Shown piece after piece: positions 1-9,744 of a stretch of 64,000 nt of DNA. The notes under the pieces were generated by a model. It was not told the origin of the DNA. It saw only the letters and a list, made by a program, of their open reading frames with translations, and did not search any database. Both the position numbers and the translations under genes were made by a program. How positions within the stretch are numbered: the first letter of the stretch is position 1; each line of letters begins with the position of its first letter. The DNA comes from a bacterium. GTDB taxonomy: Bacteria; UBA8248. The stretch spans positions 3,072,001-3,136,000 of the forward strand of contig OY843592.1 in NCBI GenBank assembly GCA_963692865.2, read 5' to 3'.

Positions 1-323
1 GGCAGCACCTGCATCGCCTCGGCTTCTAAGGCGTCGACGACGGGGAAATCCTCCTCGGCGGGCAGCAGCACCGTCCGCACCACCGCCGCCCCGCCCGAGA
101 GCGCCACGACCACCCTTCTCTCCGCCTCGCCGGGGAGCAACTCCGCCAACGCTTGTTCGACCTCCTCGGGGTCGTGCACGAAGCCGCGCCGCGCCGCGCC
201 CGGCGCCAGGGAGACCGCCCCCAGGCGCGAGAGGACGAGGCGCTCGTCCTTCTTTTCGAGTTTCACCGCCTTGACGGCGGAACTCCCGATGTCGATGGCC
301 AAAGGCGCGGAATCGTCAGACAC
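1..323 (-). CDS. pilM: Type IV pilus assembly protein PilM-like, N-terminal part (runs off the window start)
   Basis: Not in the ORF track. Manual translation from GTG at 323 gives MSDDSAPLAIDIGSSAVKAVKLEKK...VVVALSGGAAVVRTVLLP, with the actin-like DIGSSxVK motif typical of PilM. Confidence 0.75.
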   Translation of the reverse strand, partial: MSDDSAPLAIDIGSSAVKAVKLEKKDERLVLSRLGAVSLAPGAARRGFVHDPEEVEQALAELLPGEAERRVVVALSGGAAVVRTVLLPAEEDFPVVDALEAEAMQVL

Positions 324-349
324 GATGGTTCTCTACCAGCAGAAGAAAA

Positions 350-1285
350 TCAAAAAAGACGAACGGGCGTCAGGGTGAACGTGCAAACCAGGAGCATCAT
401 ACACGCAAATCCCCAAAAACGCCTCTTGCGCGTCAGCGGCTCCCATTCGTCGATGAGCGGCGGATGCCGCCTGCCCAGCGCGAGCACCATCACGCTCCAG
501 AAAATCCAGCCCGGCCACCAGTATCCCATCACCAGAAGAGCAAGGCCGATGGCGACGGATATCCTCGCGTGCCACCTGCCCAGAAGCGTGTAGACGACGT
601 GCCCGCCGTCGAGCTGTCCGGCGGGGATGAGGTTCAGCGACGTAACCAGCAATCCGCACCAGCCCGCAAAGGCCACCGGGTGGAGGAGGATGGTCTGCCC
701 CTCGGGGACCGGGCCGTGCGCCAGCCACGCGAGGCCGTCGAACAGAAGGGGCGTCCCCAGCCCGATGCCGGGCGAGGCGCCGCCGGGCGCCAGCCGCGAC
801 ATCATGAGGCCTGCGAACAGGGCCGGAACCGCCGCGGCCAGGCCGGCCAGCGGCCCCGCCACGGCCACGTCCATCAGCGCGTTCCGGTTCGCAATGCCGC
901 CGCGTATGCGGATGACCGCGCCGAACGTCCCCAGCAGGGAGGGCGCGGGCAGGAAATAGGGCAACGATGCGTCCACGCCCCACCTGCGGCTCGCGGCGTA
1001 GTGGCCCATCTCGTGCGCGCCGAGGATCAGGAGCAGCGTCAGCGAATAGGGGAGTCCGGCCAGAAGGGCCGACGGCCCGGCGAAGACGGCCTCGGGCGCG
1101 ACGCCGCGCTGGAGCGCGCCCGCAAACAGGGTGGAGAGCAGCGTCAGGACGAACATCAAAGCGGGGACGCCAAAGTCTTTCCAGGCGCTGCTCCGCTTCC
1201 CGGCCCTGACTTCGAACGGCTCGGCGGAGATTTCTTCTCGCGGCGGGAGCCTAAATTCTTCCGGGCGGAAATCGCGAGCGGCCAC
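350..1285 (-). CDS. Site-2 protease family (M50) membrane metalloprotease
   Basis: HEMGH zinc motif, GTFGAVI, AGPLAG and NLIPAGQLDGGH motifs, several TM segments. GTG start at 1285 chosen for its upstream GGAGG; the ORF is open to 1468. Confidence 0.9.
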   Translation of the reverse strand: MAARDFRPEEFRLPPREEISAEPFEVRAGKRSSAWKDFGVPALMFVLTLLSTLFAGALQRGVAPEAVFAGPSALLAGLPYSLTLLLILGAHEMGHYAASRRWGVDASLPYFLPAPSLLGTFGAVIRIRGGIANRNALMDVAVAGPLAGLAAAVPALFAGLMMSRLAPGGASPGIGLGTPLLFDGLAWLAHGPVPEGQTILLHPVAFAGWCGLLVTSLNLIPAGQLDGGHVVYTLLGRWHARISVAIGLALLVMGYWWPGWIFWSVMVLALGRRHPPLIDEWEPLTRKRRFWGFACMMLLVCTFTLTPVRLF

Positions 1286-1510
1286 CTGCTCGTCCCCTCC
1301 CCGTTCCTGGCGGGGGGCCGCATGAGGGGAGCGGCCGCCCGGCCCGAGGCCTCCTGTTCGTCCGTTCAATGGCTGCACCCAAGGCAGGCGAAGAGATAAG
1401 AAATCGCGCGTCGCGGGGATTCTAACCCGACCCGCGCGGTTCACGCACCTTGACACCTCGCGCCTCAATTCCTACCCTCGCGTGTGCGCCGCTCCGCCCG
1501 TGAGAAAGAA

Positions 1511-3565
1511 ATGCCCGACTCCGCAGCGAAATTCATACTCATCGCCGCTCTGGCCGCGTCCCTCCTCACCGGATGCGGCGCGGACCCCGCACCGGACACG
1601 CCGGCCAAGGGAGCCGCCCGTTCGCCCGTCCAAAAGACGAGGCCCGCTCCCGAGGCGAAGGCCGAAGCCCTTCCGACGCCCGGGAAGAGCGCGCCCCCGC
1701 CCCGCGCGCTGAAGCCACTCGCCCCGGATTCCAAAAGCTGGTCCGCCCCCGCCCCCTCGCCGCCCGAAGCGCCGCTCGCCGCATTGAAAGCGAAGTGGAC
1801 AGAGAATCCGACCGCCCGAGACGCCGACAAGACGCTGCTCGACATCGCCAGACACGAACTCGCGCGCGGAGATCTGAAGGCGGCGGTGAGGGGCCTGAAA
1901 CGGCTCCAGGAGAAATTCCCCCTCTCGCCTCTTTATTCCGAAAGCGCGTTTTATCTCGGTCTGGTGCTCCAGGCCGCAGGCCGGAATGACGAGGCGTGGA
2001 TTTCTCTCAGAAGCGCTTTAAGCGGAGAAACAAACCCCGAAAGGCGCGCGATGCTCGAAGCCTCCCTCGGAGCGGTGTATGAAAGGCGCGGCGAGCCCCT
2101 CTCCGCCCTGCTCTCCTACGCGCGCGCCATGAGGAGCGACGCGCAAATTTTCGGAAAAGACATCCTCATCGGGCGGGTCGAGGCGCTGGCGAAAGAAATC
2201 GCGCTCCACCGGCTTCACGCGGCGGCCGAGCGTTTCGCGGGTTCGCCCGCGGGCCCGCTCCTGCGGACAGCCCTGGCGGAGCGGGAGGAAGAGGAGCGCC
2301 GCCGCGAGAAGGCGCGCGATGCCCCGCCCGAGCACGCGAAAGCGCCCTCCCAAAGCCCGGCGGAAAAACCGAGTGCGGCCGCGGGTTCCGCGCGCGTGGG
2401 GATCATGCTCCCGCTCTCGGGGCCCGCCGGCGGCGCGGGCGGGCGCGTCTACGACGGCATCCGTCTGGCGCTTCGCCACAGCCTGGCGAAATATCCCGAT
2501 CTCCGCCTTCAACTCGCGATCCGCGACACGAAGAGCACGGCGCTGTCCGGGGGCGACGCGGCGGAGGTCGCCGCTGAACTGATCGAGCGGGAAAAGGCCG
2601 TCGCCCTCATCGGCCCGCTCCTCACCGAGGCGGCCGATGCCGCCGCCGAAGCCGCGAACCGCCTGAAAACCCCCATGCTCACGCCGTTCGCGCTCCGGAT
2701 GCGCATGAACCCCGATTTCCCCTGGGTGTTCCGCAACTCGCTCCCGAACCGACTCCAGGCCCGGGGCGCAGCCGCCTACGCCGTCCGGCATCTCGGGCTG
2801 CGGCGCTTCGCCGTCCTGCACCCGGAGAACCGCGACGGAAGGGAGCTGACCCACGCCTTCGCCCAGGCGGTGGAGGAGATGGGCGGCGAGGTCGCCCGAA
2901 TCGTCTCGTTCCCCGAAAACACCACCGACTTCCGGGCGCAGATGCGCGCCCTCGGCGGCATGGACGATCGCCAGTTGGGCAGGGCGAGGCGCTCGCAGGG
3001 GCTCGGAAAACCGGCTCCCTACCGGCTCGGCCTCGACTTCGAGGCCCTCTTCGTTCCCGTCCGGCACGAGAAGGCGGTGCTCATCGCGCCGCAGATCCTC
3101 TTCTACAACATGCGCGGGATAAGGCTCCTGGGCGGCGCCGGATGGAACGACCCCCGCCTGCTCGAACACGGGGAGCGCTACGTGGAGGGCGCGGTCTTCG
3201 TCGACGGGTTTTTCTCGGGATCGACGGAGCCCGGGGCCGCGCGTTTCGTCGGCGAGTTCAAGAGCGCCTTCGGGAAAGCGCCGGACGTCTTCTCGGCCCT
3301 TGGCTACGACGCCGCGCGAATCGTCTTCGAGGCGCTCGCCCGAGGCGCGAAGACGCGCGAGGACGTGAGGCGGCATCTCGCGTCCCTCCGGGGCTTCGAG
3401 GGCGTCGCGGGGCTGACGGACATGGGCGCGGACAACGACGCGCGCCGCCAGTTGTTCGTCCTCTCGGTTCAGGGGGGAAAAATCCGGTATCTCCAGATGG
3501 TCGCGCCGGGCGGGGCGTTCGAGGGCGCGCCGCTCTCCCCGGTTCCGACCCCCGCGACGCAATGA
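1511..3565 (+). CDS. LpoA-like lipoprotein (TPR region plus type I periplasmic-binding fold; penicillin-binding protein activator)
   Basis: Lipobox LLTG-C, Pro/Ala linker, TPR-like helices, then RVGIMLPLSG...IGPL...ALGYDA...FEGVAG. Confidence 0.75.
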   Translation: MPDSAAKFILIAALAASLLTGCGADPAPDTPAKGAARSPVQKTRPAPEAKAEALPTPGKSAPPPRALKPLAPDSKSWSAPAPSPPEAPLAALKAKWTENPTARDADKTLLDIARHELARGDLKAAVRGLKRLQEKFPLSPLYSESAFYLGLVLQAAGRNDEAWISLRSALSGETNPERRAMLEASLGAVYERRGEPLSALLSYARAMRSDAQIFGKDILIGRVEALAKEIALHRLHAAAERFAGSPAGPLLRTALAEREEEERRREKARDAPPEHAKAPSQSPAEKPSAAAGSARVGIMLPLSGPAGGAGGRVYDGIRLALRHSLAKYPDLRLQLAIRDTKSTALSGGDAAEVAAELIEREKAVALIGPLLTEAADAAAEAANRLKTPMLTPFALRMRMNPDFPWVFRNSLPNRLQARGAAAYAVRHLGLRRFAVLHPENRDGRELTHAFAQAVEEMGGEVARIVSFPENTTDFRAQMRALGGMDDRQLGRARRSQGLGKPAPYRLGLDFEALFVPVRHEKAVLIAPQILFYNMRGIRLLGGAGWNDPRLLEHGERYVEGAVFVDGFFSGSTEPGAARFVGEFKSAFGKAPDVFSALGYDAARIVFEALARGAKTREDVRRHLASLRGFEGVAGLTDMGADNDARRQLFVLSVQGGKIRYLQMVAPGGAFEGAPLSPVPTPATQ

Positions 3566-3586
3566 GGGGCGCGGATGCCCGAGCAC

Positions 3587-4352
3587 CCGTCGATACGTCC
3601 TTCGACAAGCTCAGGACTACTCAGGGTGAGGTCGGTATGGCGGCCTGCTTAGGTCGATAGAAAACAATCCCCTCATCCCGAGTAGCCTCCGAAGGGGGCG
3701 TATCGAGGGATACCCGACCCTTCAAGGGCCATTGAAAAACCCCTTTTTGCTCGGAATTCACCCCCCACCTACGCGGCGGCAGGCTTCACGGAACCGTTGA
3801 CACCCTCATCCTGAATAGGCGCGTAAGCGCCGTATCGAAGGATGGGGTCGCATCTCTCCGGCTGGTGCGAACTTCGCCCTTCGATACGCGGCTTCGCCGC
3901 TATTCAGGGTGAGGAGAAGGGGATTTGACGGCCTCGGGACTACTCAGGGTGAGGAAAACAAAAACCACCCTCATCGCGAGTGGGCCCGGCAACTCGCAAC
4001 AATTCCCTCATCCCGAGTAAGCCCGCAAGGGCCGTATCGAGAGCCCGCCCTGAGCCTGGCGAAGGGGACGCCGGAAAACAGCCTCCTGCCTGAAAACCAA
4101 CCCCCCCTTGCCCCCTTGCCGGGGGGGCTGCCTTGACAAAGGCTTTTTCAACGCCCCCCTTTAGGGGGTTGTTGAAGAAATCCTGATTTCGTGATTCGGC
4201 GAATGAAACCAACCGTGGAGGAAGATTCGTAGGGACAGGCCCCTGCGCCTGTCCAAGGTTGCTGCGAGGCGGTACGGTTTTGTTCGTCATTCCGGTGAAA
4301 GCCGGAATGACGGCGGTGGTCAATTCCGAGCGAGGTGGGCTTTTTCAGCAAC
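3587..4352. repeat. Mosaic REP/BIME-like intergenic repeat array
   Basis: Several CCCTCATCC(T/C)GAGTAG..GTATCGAAGG and CCTTCGATACG..CTACTCAGG(G/A)TGAGG units, a CGTAGGGACAGG..CCTGTCC hairpin, a GTCATTCCGG..CCGGAATGAC hairpin and GGGTTGTTGAA/TTTTTCAAC ends. Confidence 0.85.
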
Positions 4353-4373
4353 TCCTTCAGGCCGCGTTTTCTC

Positions 4374-5147
4374 TCAGATCTGAATCGCGCCGCAGGAGAT
4401 GGTGTAGGCCTGTCCGGTGATGCCGGCCGCCTCCTCGCTCGCGAGGTAGAGCGCCATCGCGGCGACCTCCCCGGGCGCCAGGAATCGCCCCATCGGAACC
4501 TCGTCCTTGTAGCGATTCATCATCGCCTCGCTCTCTTCCGCATCGCGGGCGAGGCCTTCCCGGAAGGCGGCGACCATGCCCGTCTCCACGAAGCCGGGGC
4601 AGATCGCGTTCACGGTGACGCCCGCCGCCGCCGCTTCGAGCGCGACCGAGCGCACGAGGCCCAGCACGCCGTGCTTCGCCGCGTGGTAGGCGCTGCGGTT
4701 CGGCCCGCCGATCTTGCCCGACACCGAACTGATCGCGATGAGGCGGCCCCAGCCGCGCTCGCTCATTCCGCCGATAGCGGCGCGAAAGGCGTAGAACGCG
4801 CCGTTCAGGTTCACGCGGATCATCTCGTCCCAAAGGGCGTTCGTGGTCTCATGGAGAGACGCATGGCTGAGCGCGCCCGCGTTGGCGACCAGAACGTCCA
4901 CGCCGCCGAACTCCCGCTCCGCGCGTCGGACCGCCTCTTCCACGTTTTTGGAGTCGCCCACGTCGCAGGGAACCGCCAGGGAGCGCCCGCCCTTCTCCCT
5001 AATCTCCTCGGCGACCGCGTCGATCTCGGAACTCGTTCTCGCGGCGACGGCCACGTCCGCGCCCGCATCTGCGAACTTGAGCGCGATGGCGCGCCCGATG
5101 CCCCGCCCGCCGCCGGTGATGAAGGCGCGCCTGCCCTCAAGCCGCAT
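4374..5147 (-). CDS. SDR family oxidoreductase
   Basis: TGGGRGIG, NAG, YHAAK, ICPG motifs. Confidence 0.93.
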   Translation of the reverse strand: MRLEGRRAFITGGGRGIGRAIALKFADAGADVAVAARTSSEIDAVAEEIREKGGRSLAVPCDVGDSKNVEEAVRRAEREFGGVDVLVANAGALSHASLHETTNALWDEMIRVNLNGAFYAFRAAIGGMSERGWGRLIAISSVSGKIGGPNRSAYHAAKHGVLGLVRSVALEAAAAGVTVNAICPGFVETGMVAAFREGLARDAEESEAMMNRYKDEVPMGRFLAPGEVAAMALYLASEEAAGITGQAYTISCGAIQI

Positions 5148-6231
5148 GGGCGCGCTCCCCCGTCCTCATCATGCGGGAGCGTAAGGCCAGATTATCGAAG
5201 AAAATCTCCACCTCGCGGAGGACGGCGTCCATATCCTCCATACGGTTCACCTTCTCACGCATCGCCGAACCACCGCGCAAGCCCTTCGTGTAAGCGGGCA
5301 GATGCTTCCGGGAGTGGAAGGCGGCGAGGCGATCGCCCAGAACCTCCCGCAGGAGCCCCAGGTGGCGAAGCGCCATGTTCTTTTTCTCGATAAGACCGGG
5401 CGGCGGGGGCAACTCTCCCGTCTTGAGCCAGTGGAGCAGGCGCGAGAAAATCCACGGATTGCCGACCGCGCCCCGCCCGATCATCAGGGCGTCCACGCCG
5501 GTGCGGCGAATCATGGCGATGGCGTCTCCCGGACTCAGGATGCTGCCGTTTCCCAGAACGGGAACCTTGACCGCGCGCTTCACACGCGCGATGGCGTCCA
5601 GATCCACCGCGCCGCTGAACATGGCCTGCCGGGTCCTGCCGTGCACGGTGATGGCCCTGGCGCCCGCATCCTCCACCGCTTTGGCGAAAACCTCCGCAGA
5701 GCTTCGCTCGACCGTGTCCCAGCCGGTGCGCATCTTGACCGTCACGGGGATTCGCACGGCGCGAACCATGGCCGAGACGATTTCATACGCCCGTTCGGGA
5801 TATCTGAGCAGCGAGGAGCCCGCCTGGTTTTTCGTTATCTTCTTGACGGGGCATCCGCAGTTCAGATCCACGATGTCCGCGCCCGCCTCTTCCACCATCG
5901 CCGCCGCCTCGCCCATCTGGGCCGGATCCGCGCCGAAAAGCTGGATGGAGACCGGCTTCTCCGCCGCGTCGTTCCGCATCAGGTCGTACGTCTTCTGGTG
6001 CCGCCGCACGAGCGCCTGGCTGCTCACCATCTCGGTGGCCACCATGCCTGCGCCGTGCGCCTTGACCAGGGAGCGAAAGGGCAGGTTCGTATAGCCCGCC
6101 ATGGGCGCCATGACGAGGCGGCTCTCGATCCGAACCCCGCCGATCTCGAGGGGCGAATCGAAACCCGCAGGCGGCGGAACGGCCTCAAGCGGCTCTTCGC
6201 ATACGCACGGGCCCGCTTCTTCAGGGCGCAT
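5137..6231 (-). CDS. dusB: tRNA-dihydrouridine synthase DusB
   Basis: MAPMAG, QLFG, DLNCGCP, VTVKMRTGW, VHGRTR, GNG and MIGRGAVGNPWIF motifs. Confidence 0.92.
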   Translation of the reverse strand: MRPEEAGPCVCEEPLEAVPPPAGFDSPLEIGGVRIESRLVMAPMAGYTNLPFRSLVKAHGAGMVATEMVSSQALVRRHQKTYDLMRNDAAEKPVSIQLFGADPAQMGEAAAMVEEAGADIVDLNCGCPVKKITKNQAGSSLLRYPERAYEIVSAMVRAVRIPVTVKMRTGWDTVERSSAEVFAKAVEDAGARAITVHGRTRQAMFSGAVDLDAIARVKRAVKVPVLGNGSILSPGDAIAMIRRTGVDALMIGRGAVGNPWIFSRLLHWLKTGELPPPPGLIEKKNMALRHLGLLREVLGDRLAAFHSRKHLPAYTKGLRGGSAMREKVNRMEDMDAVLREVEIFFDNLALRSRMMRTGERAHAA

Positions 6232-6252
6232 CAGCCTCTCCTCCGTTAAACG

Positions 6253-7377
6253 CTACGCACCGGACGCATCTCCCAACTCCCAGGAAGGGTCCGCGTCCAT
6301 GTCCGCATAGTCCATGAATTGCCCGCCGCCACGTTCTCGCAGCCTGAAGCCGCCGGCGCAGGCGATCATCGCGGCGTTATCCGTGCAGTATTTTCTCGCG
6401 GGGAAATGGAGCGACCAGCCTTCCTCCTCCGCCCGCTCACTCAGCTTCGCGCGCAGATACGAATTCGCGGCCACGCCCCCGCTCACGGAGACGGCGGGCA
6501 GATTCTCCCGGCGAACCACCCCGCTCACCTTCTCCACCAGAACCTCCACCGCCGCTTCCTGAAAGCCTGCGGCCACCGCGCACGCCACCTCTTCGGGCAC
6601 TTCCTGGGGACGCGCCCAGGGGGGGAGGTTCCTGTCGCTGAGATACAACCCTCTTTCTTTCTGGTAGTTTAGCACAGCCGTCTTCAAGCCGCTGAAGCTG
6701 AATGCGTAGGGCCTGTCTTGAAGAAACGGCCGGGGAAACTCGACCGCCTCCATCCCGCTTCCGTTCGCCTCCAGAAACTTCGCGTGCAGCCTGTCTACGA
6801 CGGGGCCGCCCGGATAGCCCAGCCCCATGATGGCCGCCACCTTGTCGTAGGCCTCGCCCAGGGCGTCGTCCAGCGTGCCGCCCAGGTGCGTGACGCCCGT
6901 GTGCCCCTCCACGCGGTAGAAGTCCGTATGCCCGCCCGAGACCACGAAGCCCAGGTGCGGGAACGGGGGCGGCGCGCCGCTATCGTCTCCCGTGGGCAGA
7001 TACAGGGAATGAACGTGTCCGTCGAGATGATGGACGCCGATGAGCGGGAGGTCCAGGCTCCACGCCAGACCCTTCGCGGCGGAAAGGCCCACGAGCAGGG
7101 CCACCACGAGGCCCGGGCCGCGCGTGACGGCCACGGCGTCGATTTCCTTGACCGAAACGGACGCTTCTTCCAGAGCCGCCTCCAGCACGGGGCCGATCAT
7201 CTCCACGTGGCGGCGCGCCGCGAGTTCGGGCACCACGCCGCCGTAGCGCGCATGGATCTCGTGCTGTGAGGCCACGACGTTCGAGAGGACTTTGGGAGCG
7301 GAACCATCCCCGAATTCGAGCACGGCCGCCGCCGTCTCGTCGCAACTCGTCTCCACGCCCAGGATATACACGTTCAT
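6253..7377 (-). CDS. tsaD: tRNA N6-adenosine threonylcarbamoyltransferase TsaD
   Basis: ILGVETSCDET, GGVVPELAARRH, HHLDGH, VSGGHT, GEAYDKVA, FSFSGLKTA, CTDNAAMIA. Confidence 0.96.
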   Translation of the reverse strand: MNVYILGVETSCDETAAAVLEFGDGSAPKVLSNVVASQHEIHARYGGVVPELAARRHVEMIGPVLEAALEEASVSVKEIDAVAVTRGPGLVVALLVGLSAAKGLAWSLDLPLIGVHHLDGHVHSLYLPTGDDSGAPPPFPHLGFVVSGGHTDFYRVEGHTGVTHLGGTLDDALGEAYDKVAAIMGLGYPGGPVVDRLHAKFLEANGSGMEAVEFPRPFLQDRPYAFSFSGLKTAVLNYQKERGLYLSDRNLPPWARPQEVPEEVACAVAAGFQEAAVEVLVEKVSGVVRRENLPAVSVSGGVAANSYLRAKLSERAEEEGWSLHFPARKYCTDNAAMIACAGGFRLRERGGGQFMDYADMDADPSWELGDASGA

Positions 7378-7560
7378 ACTCCCCGCTTTGCGCAAACCTC
7401 ATCAAGCTCTGGTTCAAGTGGATACGGGAATTTTCGCGGGGAAGCAACGCCCGGCGGGGCGTGAAGGCGGGATTCGGTGCCCATCATCGGCGAATATGAA
7501 GGTTCGGGGGAAACGGGGGAAAGCAGTTTGAGCGGGAAGGACCCTGAGAGGTTTCCATGT

Positions 7561-7875
7561 TACTCCCCCCTTGAGGGGTTGTTGAAAAAGCTCGATGCGG
7601 CGAAATCCCTCTCCTAGTCCTGCGCAGCCCGCCGCTCCGCCTCACCCTGAGTAGCCGCCGAAGGCGGCATATCGAAGGGCGAAATTCACGCCCCCCATCC
7701 TTCGATACGGCGCTTACGCGCCTACTCAGTATGAGGGTTTGGGGCGCTTGCTCGGGATGAGGGCGTCAAGCGTTCTGCGAAACCGATATCGCGCGGCGGG
7801 TCAATCCCGACAGCGACCCCTGCACATCCTCTCGAATGGCGACCGTAGGGACAGGTCGCGACCTGTCCCTACTAC
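7561..7875. repeat. Mosaic REP array
   Basis: ACTCCCCCCTTGAGGGG, GTTGTTGAAAAAG, an inverted pair of CCTGAGTAG..TATCGAAGG units, and CGTAGGGACAGGTCGCGACCTGTCCCTAC. Confidence 0.85.
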
Positions 7876-7934
7876 AACAAACCGCAAACTCTCCCTCCCC
7901 GGCAAGCCAGACGACAAAAAAGGAAAAAGCCGGC

Positions 7935-8570
7935 CTACACCGTGATGACGATGCCGCATCTTCGGCCCGCCTGGCGAACGTCCGAGAGAAACATCGTGTC
8001 GAACAATCCATCGCGCGCGTCCGTGATACTAAAATCCTCAGGCTTCACGCGGTCTCCGAAGAACAGGTATGCGGTGTCCGGGTCGCACTGGTTCGAGGTC
8101 CAGAGCAGACCATGGACTTCAGGAAACTGGTGGTGAATGGCGCTCGCCCACTGGGCGGTTTCGGCATAGAGCTTAGGAGATGCGCCGATCAACGAACTGC
8201 GAGCGATGCGCCATCGCTTGAGATCGGGGGCGCGTAAGGATGCGAGGCGCAAATCCCGTAGGACTTCCAGCCGGGCGTGCGCACGGCTTTGCACTAGCGT
8301 TCTGGGAACGGTTTTGCGTTCCGCTGTGACGGGAACATCGTGGAAGATCGTTTCATGTATCGCCGCCTCCAGCGTGTCGGCCGCGTAAAGAGACGGGACG
8401 CATTTGCCCGCCGCATCGTAGACGGGTGCGAAGCGCGTGGGAGAACCCTTGCAAGGATTGAAAACGCTCATGCCGTAATTCCTGTCTTGCACCCGGTGCA
8501 CGAGCACACCGGCTTCGAGTGTAATGGCGCTGGGCTCCGCCAGCGCAGCCTGAGGTTTTCGAATCGTCAT
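7935..8570 (-). CDS. RES-domain toxin (MbcT/ParT-like NAD+-consuming family)
   Basis: R-E-S signature: PTRFAP, LYAADTLEAAIHETIFHD, GLLWTS. Lies directly downstream of an antitoxin-like gene. Confidence 0.85.
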   Translation of the reverse strand: MTIRKPQAALAEPSAITLEAGVLVHRVQDRNYGMSVFNPCKGSPTRFAPVYDAAGKCVPSLYAADTLEAAIHETIFHDVPVTAERKTVPRTLVQSRAHARLEVLRDLRLASLRAPDLKRWRIARSSLIGASPKLYAETAQWASAIHHQFPEVHGLLWTSNQCDPDTAYLFFGDRVKPEDFSITDARDGLFDTMFLSDVRQAGRRCGIVITV

Positions 8571-8584
8571 CCAGGGGACACGCC

Positions 8585-9259
8585 CTAACCGACAGCCGGA
8601 TCGGCAAGTCTCCGGGCCGCATCGACGACGGCGTCCGGTTCGGAGAGGCGCTCCTGCGGCTCGTCGCCGTCCAGCCAGCCGTTACCGGATGCGAACCACA
8701 TGGCGATTTGCCAACCCGTCATGCCCTTCGGAAGAGCGGCGAGAATCGCCTTGATGACCGGCAGCGGAACTCCGTCGGCGAACTGAAAGGCCGGATAGTG
8801 GTCAACTCCCGAGCGGCGCACCGCGAACAGCCTGCCCTCCCGTTTCCAGCGGGAGGCGGGCTCGCTCTTGTTGCGCGGCTTCAAGCCCGATACTGCGCGA
8901 ACCTCGGCCCCGGTCAAAAGGGGCGTTTCCTGAATATACCGGGAGCGCAGCCTGGCATTGTCGATTTCGAGTTCATTCTCGACCCGGGGGCGGGGCGCGT
9001 CCGAGAGAATGACATCAAGTATTTTCTCGATATTCGCTTCGGATAATCTAGATCCGCGCTCGGCCGCAAGTGAAGGCAGAACTTCGATCGCTCGTTCGAG
9101 CAGTTCCGCCCGCCCCTCCGCGCGTTCGCCCACGAGGAGCCAGGCGCCGGGCAGAGGATCCTCCGAGCGGGAGGAACCACCGATCCTCCTCCGCAGACTG
9201 GCTGGCAGCCGCTCGATTTCGCCGGGCGTCAGATCGATCAGCGACAACGTTTCACTCAT
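8585..9259 (-). CDS. MbcA/Xre-like antitoxin of a RES toxin-antitoxin pair
   Basis: YPAFQF and WQIAMWFASGNGWLDGDEP motifs typical of the MbcA/ParS C-terminal domain; 14 bp upstream of the RES gene. Confidence 0.78.
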   Translation of the reverse strand: MSETLSLIDLTPGEIERLPASLRRRIGGSSRSEDPLPGAWLLVGERAEGRAELLERAIEVLPSLAAERGSRLSEANIEKILDVILSDAPRPRVENELEIDNARLRSRYIQETPLLTGAEVRAVSGLKPRNKSEPASRWKREGRLFAVRRSGVDHYPAFQFADGVPLPVIKAILAALPKGMTGWQIAMWFASGNGWLDGDEPQERLSEPDAVVDAARRLADPAVG

Positions 9260-9370
9260 GCGGACATCCTCCAGGATGAGGCGTGAGATCCAATAACAAA
9301 TAAAATATAGGGAATATCATTGGTGGCGTCAAGCCTGTGGGTCCGTAAATGAGGGATCCGGGGTGTCACA

Positions 9371-9658
9371 TCTCCCTTGAGGGAGTTGTTGGAAAAGCCC
9401 CCCTGACAAGGGTTGTTGAAAAAGTCCCGTCAAGGGCAGCGAACGCTCTCTCCCCGGTCGCGTCGAACCCTCATTCCTCAATCGGGTTCGACACTCGCAA
9501 ACCGCAAAGCCTCAACCCTCACCCTGAGTAGCCGCCGGAGGCGGCGTATCGAAGGGCGAGGTGAGTCGAACACCTCACGCCGTGCGAGAGGGCATCCTTC
9601 GATACGCGGCTTCGCCGCTACTCAGGATGAAGTAGAGAGGGCTTTTTCAACGCCCCCT
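9371..9658. repeat. Nested repeat element: GGGTTGTTGAAAAAG...CTTTTTCAACGCCC ends enclosing an inverted REP pair
   Basis: Ends near 9409-9424 and 9642-9656; internal units near 9517-9556 and 9596-9630. Confidence 0.8.
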
Positions 9659-9744
9659 GCGGCAAGCGCGGCTTTGCTGCCATGAATCTGAATGATTTCC
9701 GACAATGGGCAACGAAATACCTCCACCTTCACGCAACGGCCGGC

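Noticed and set aside
3587-4352. Repeat arrays as a CRISPR locus or integron attC array
   Set aside because: Units are degenerate, alternate in orientation and are irregularly spaced; no cas genes or integrase are present.
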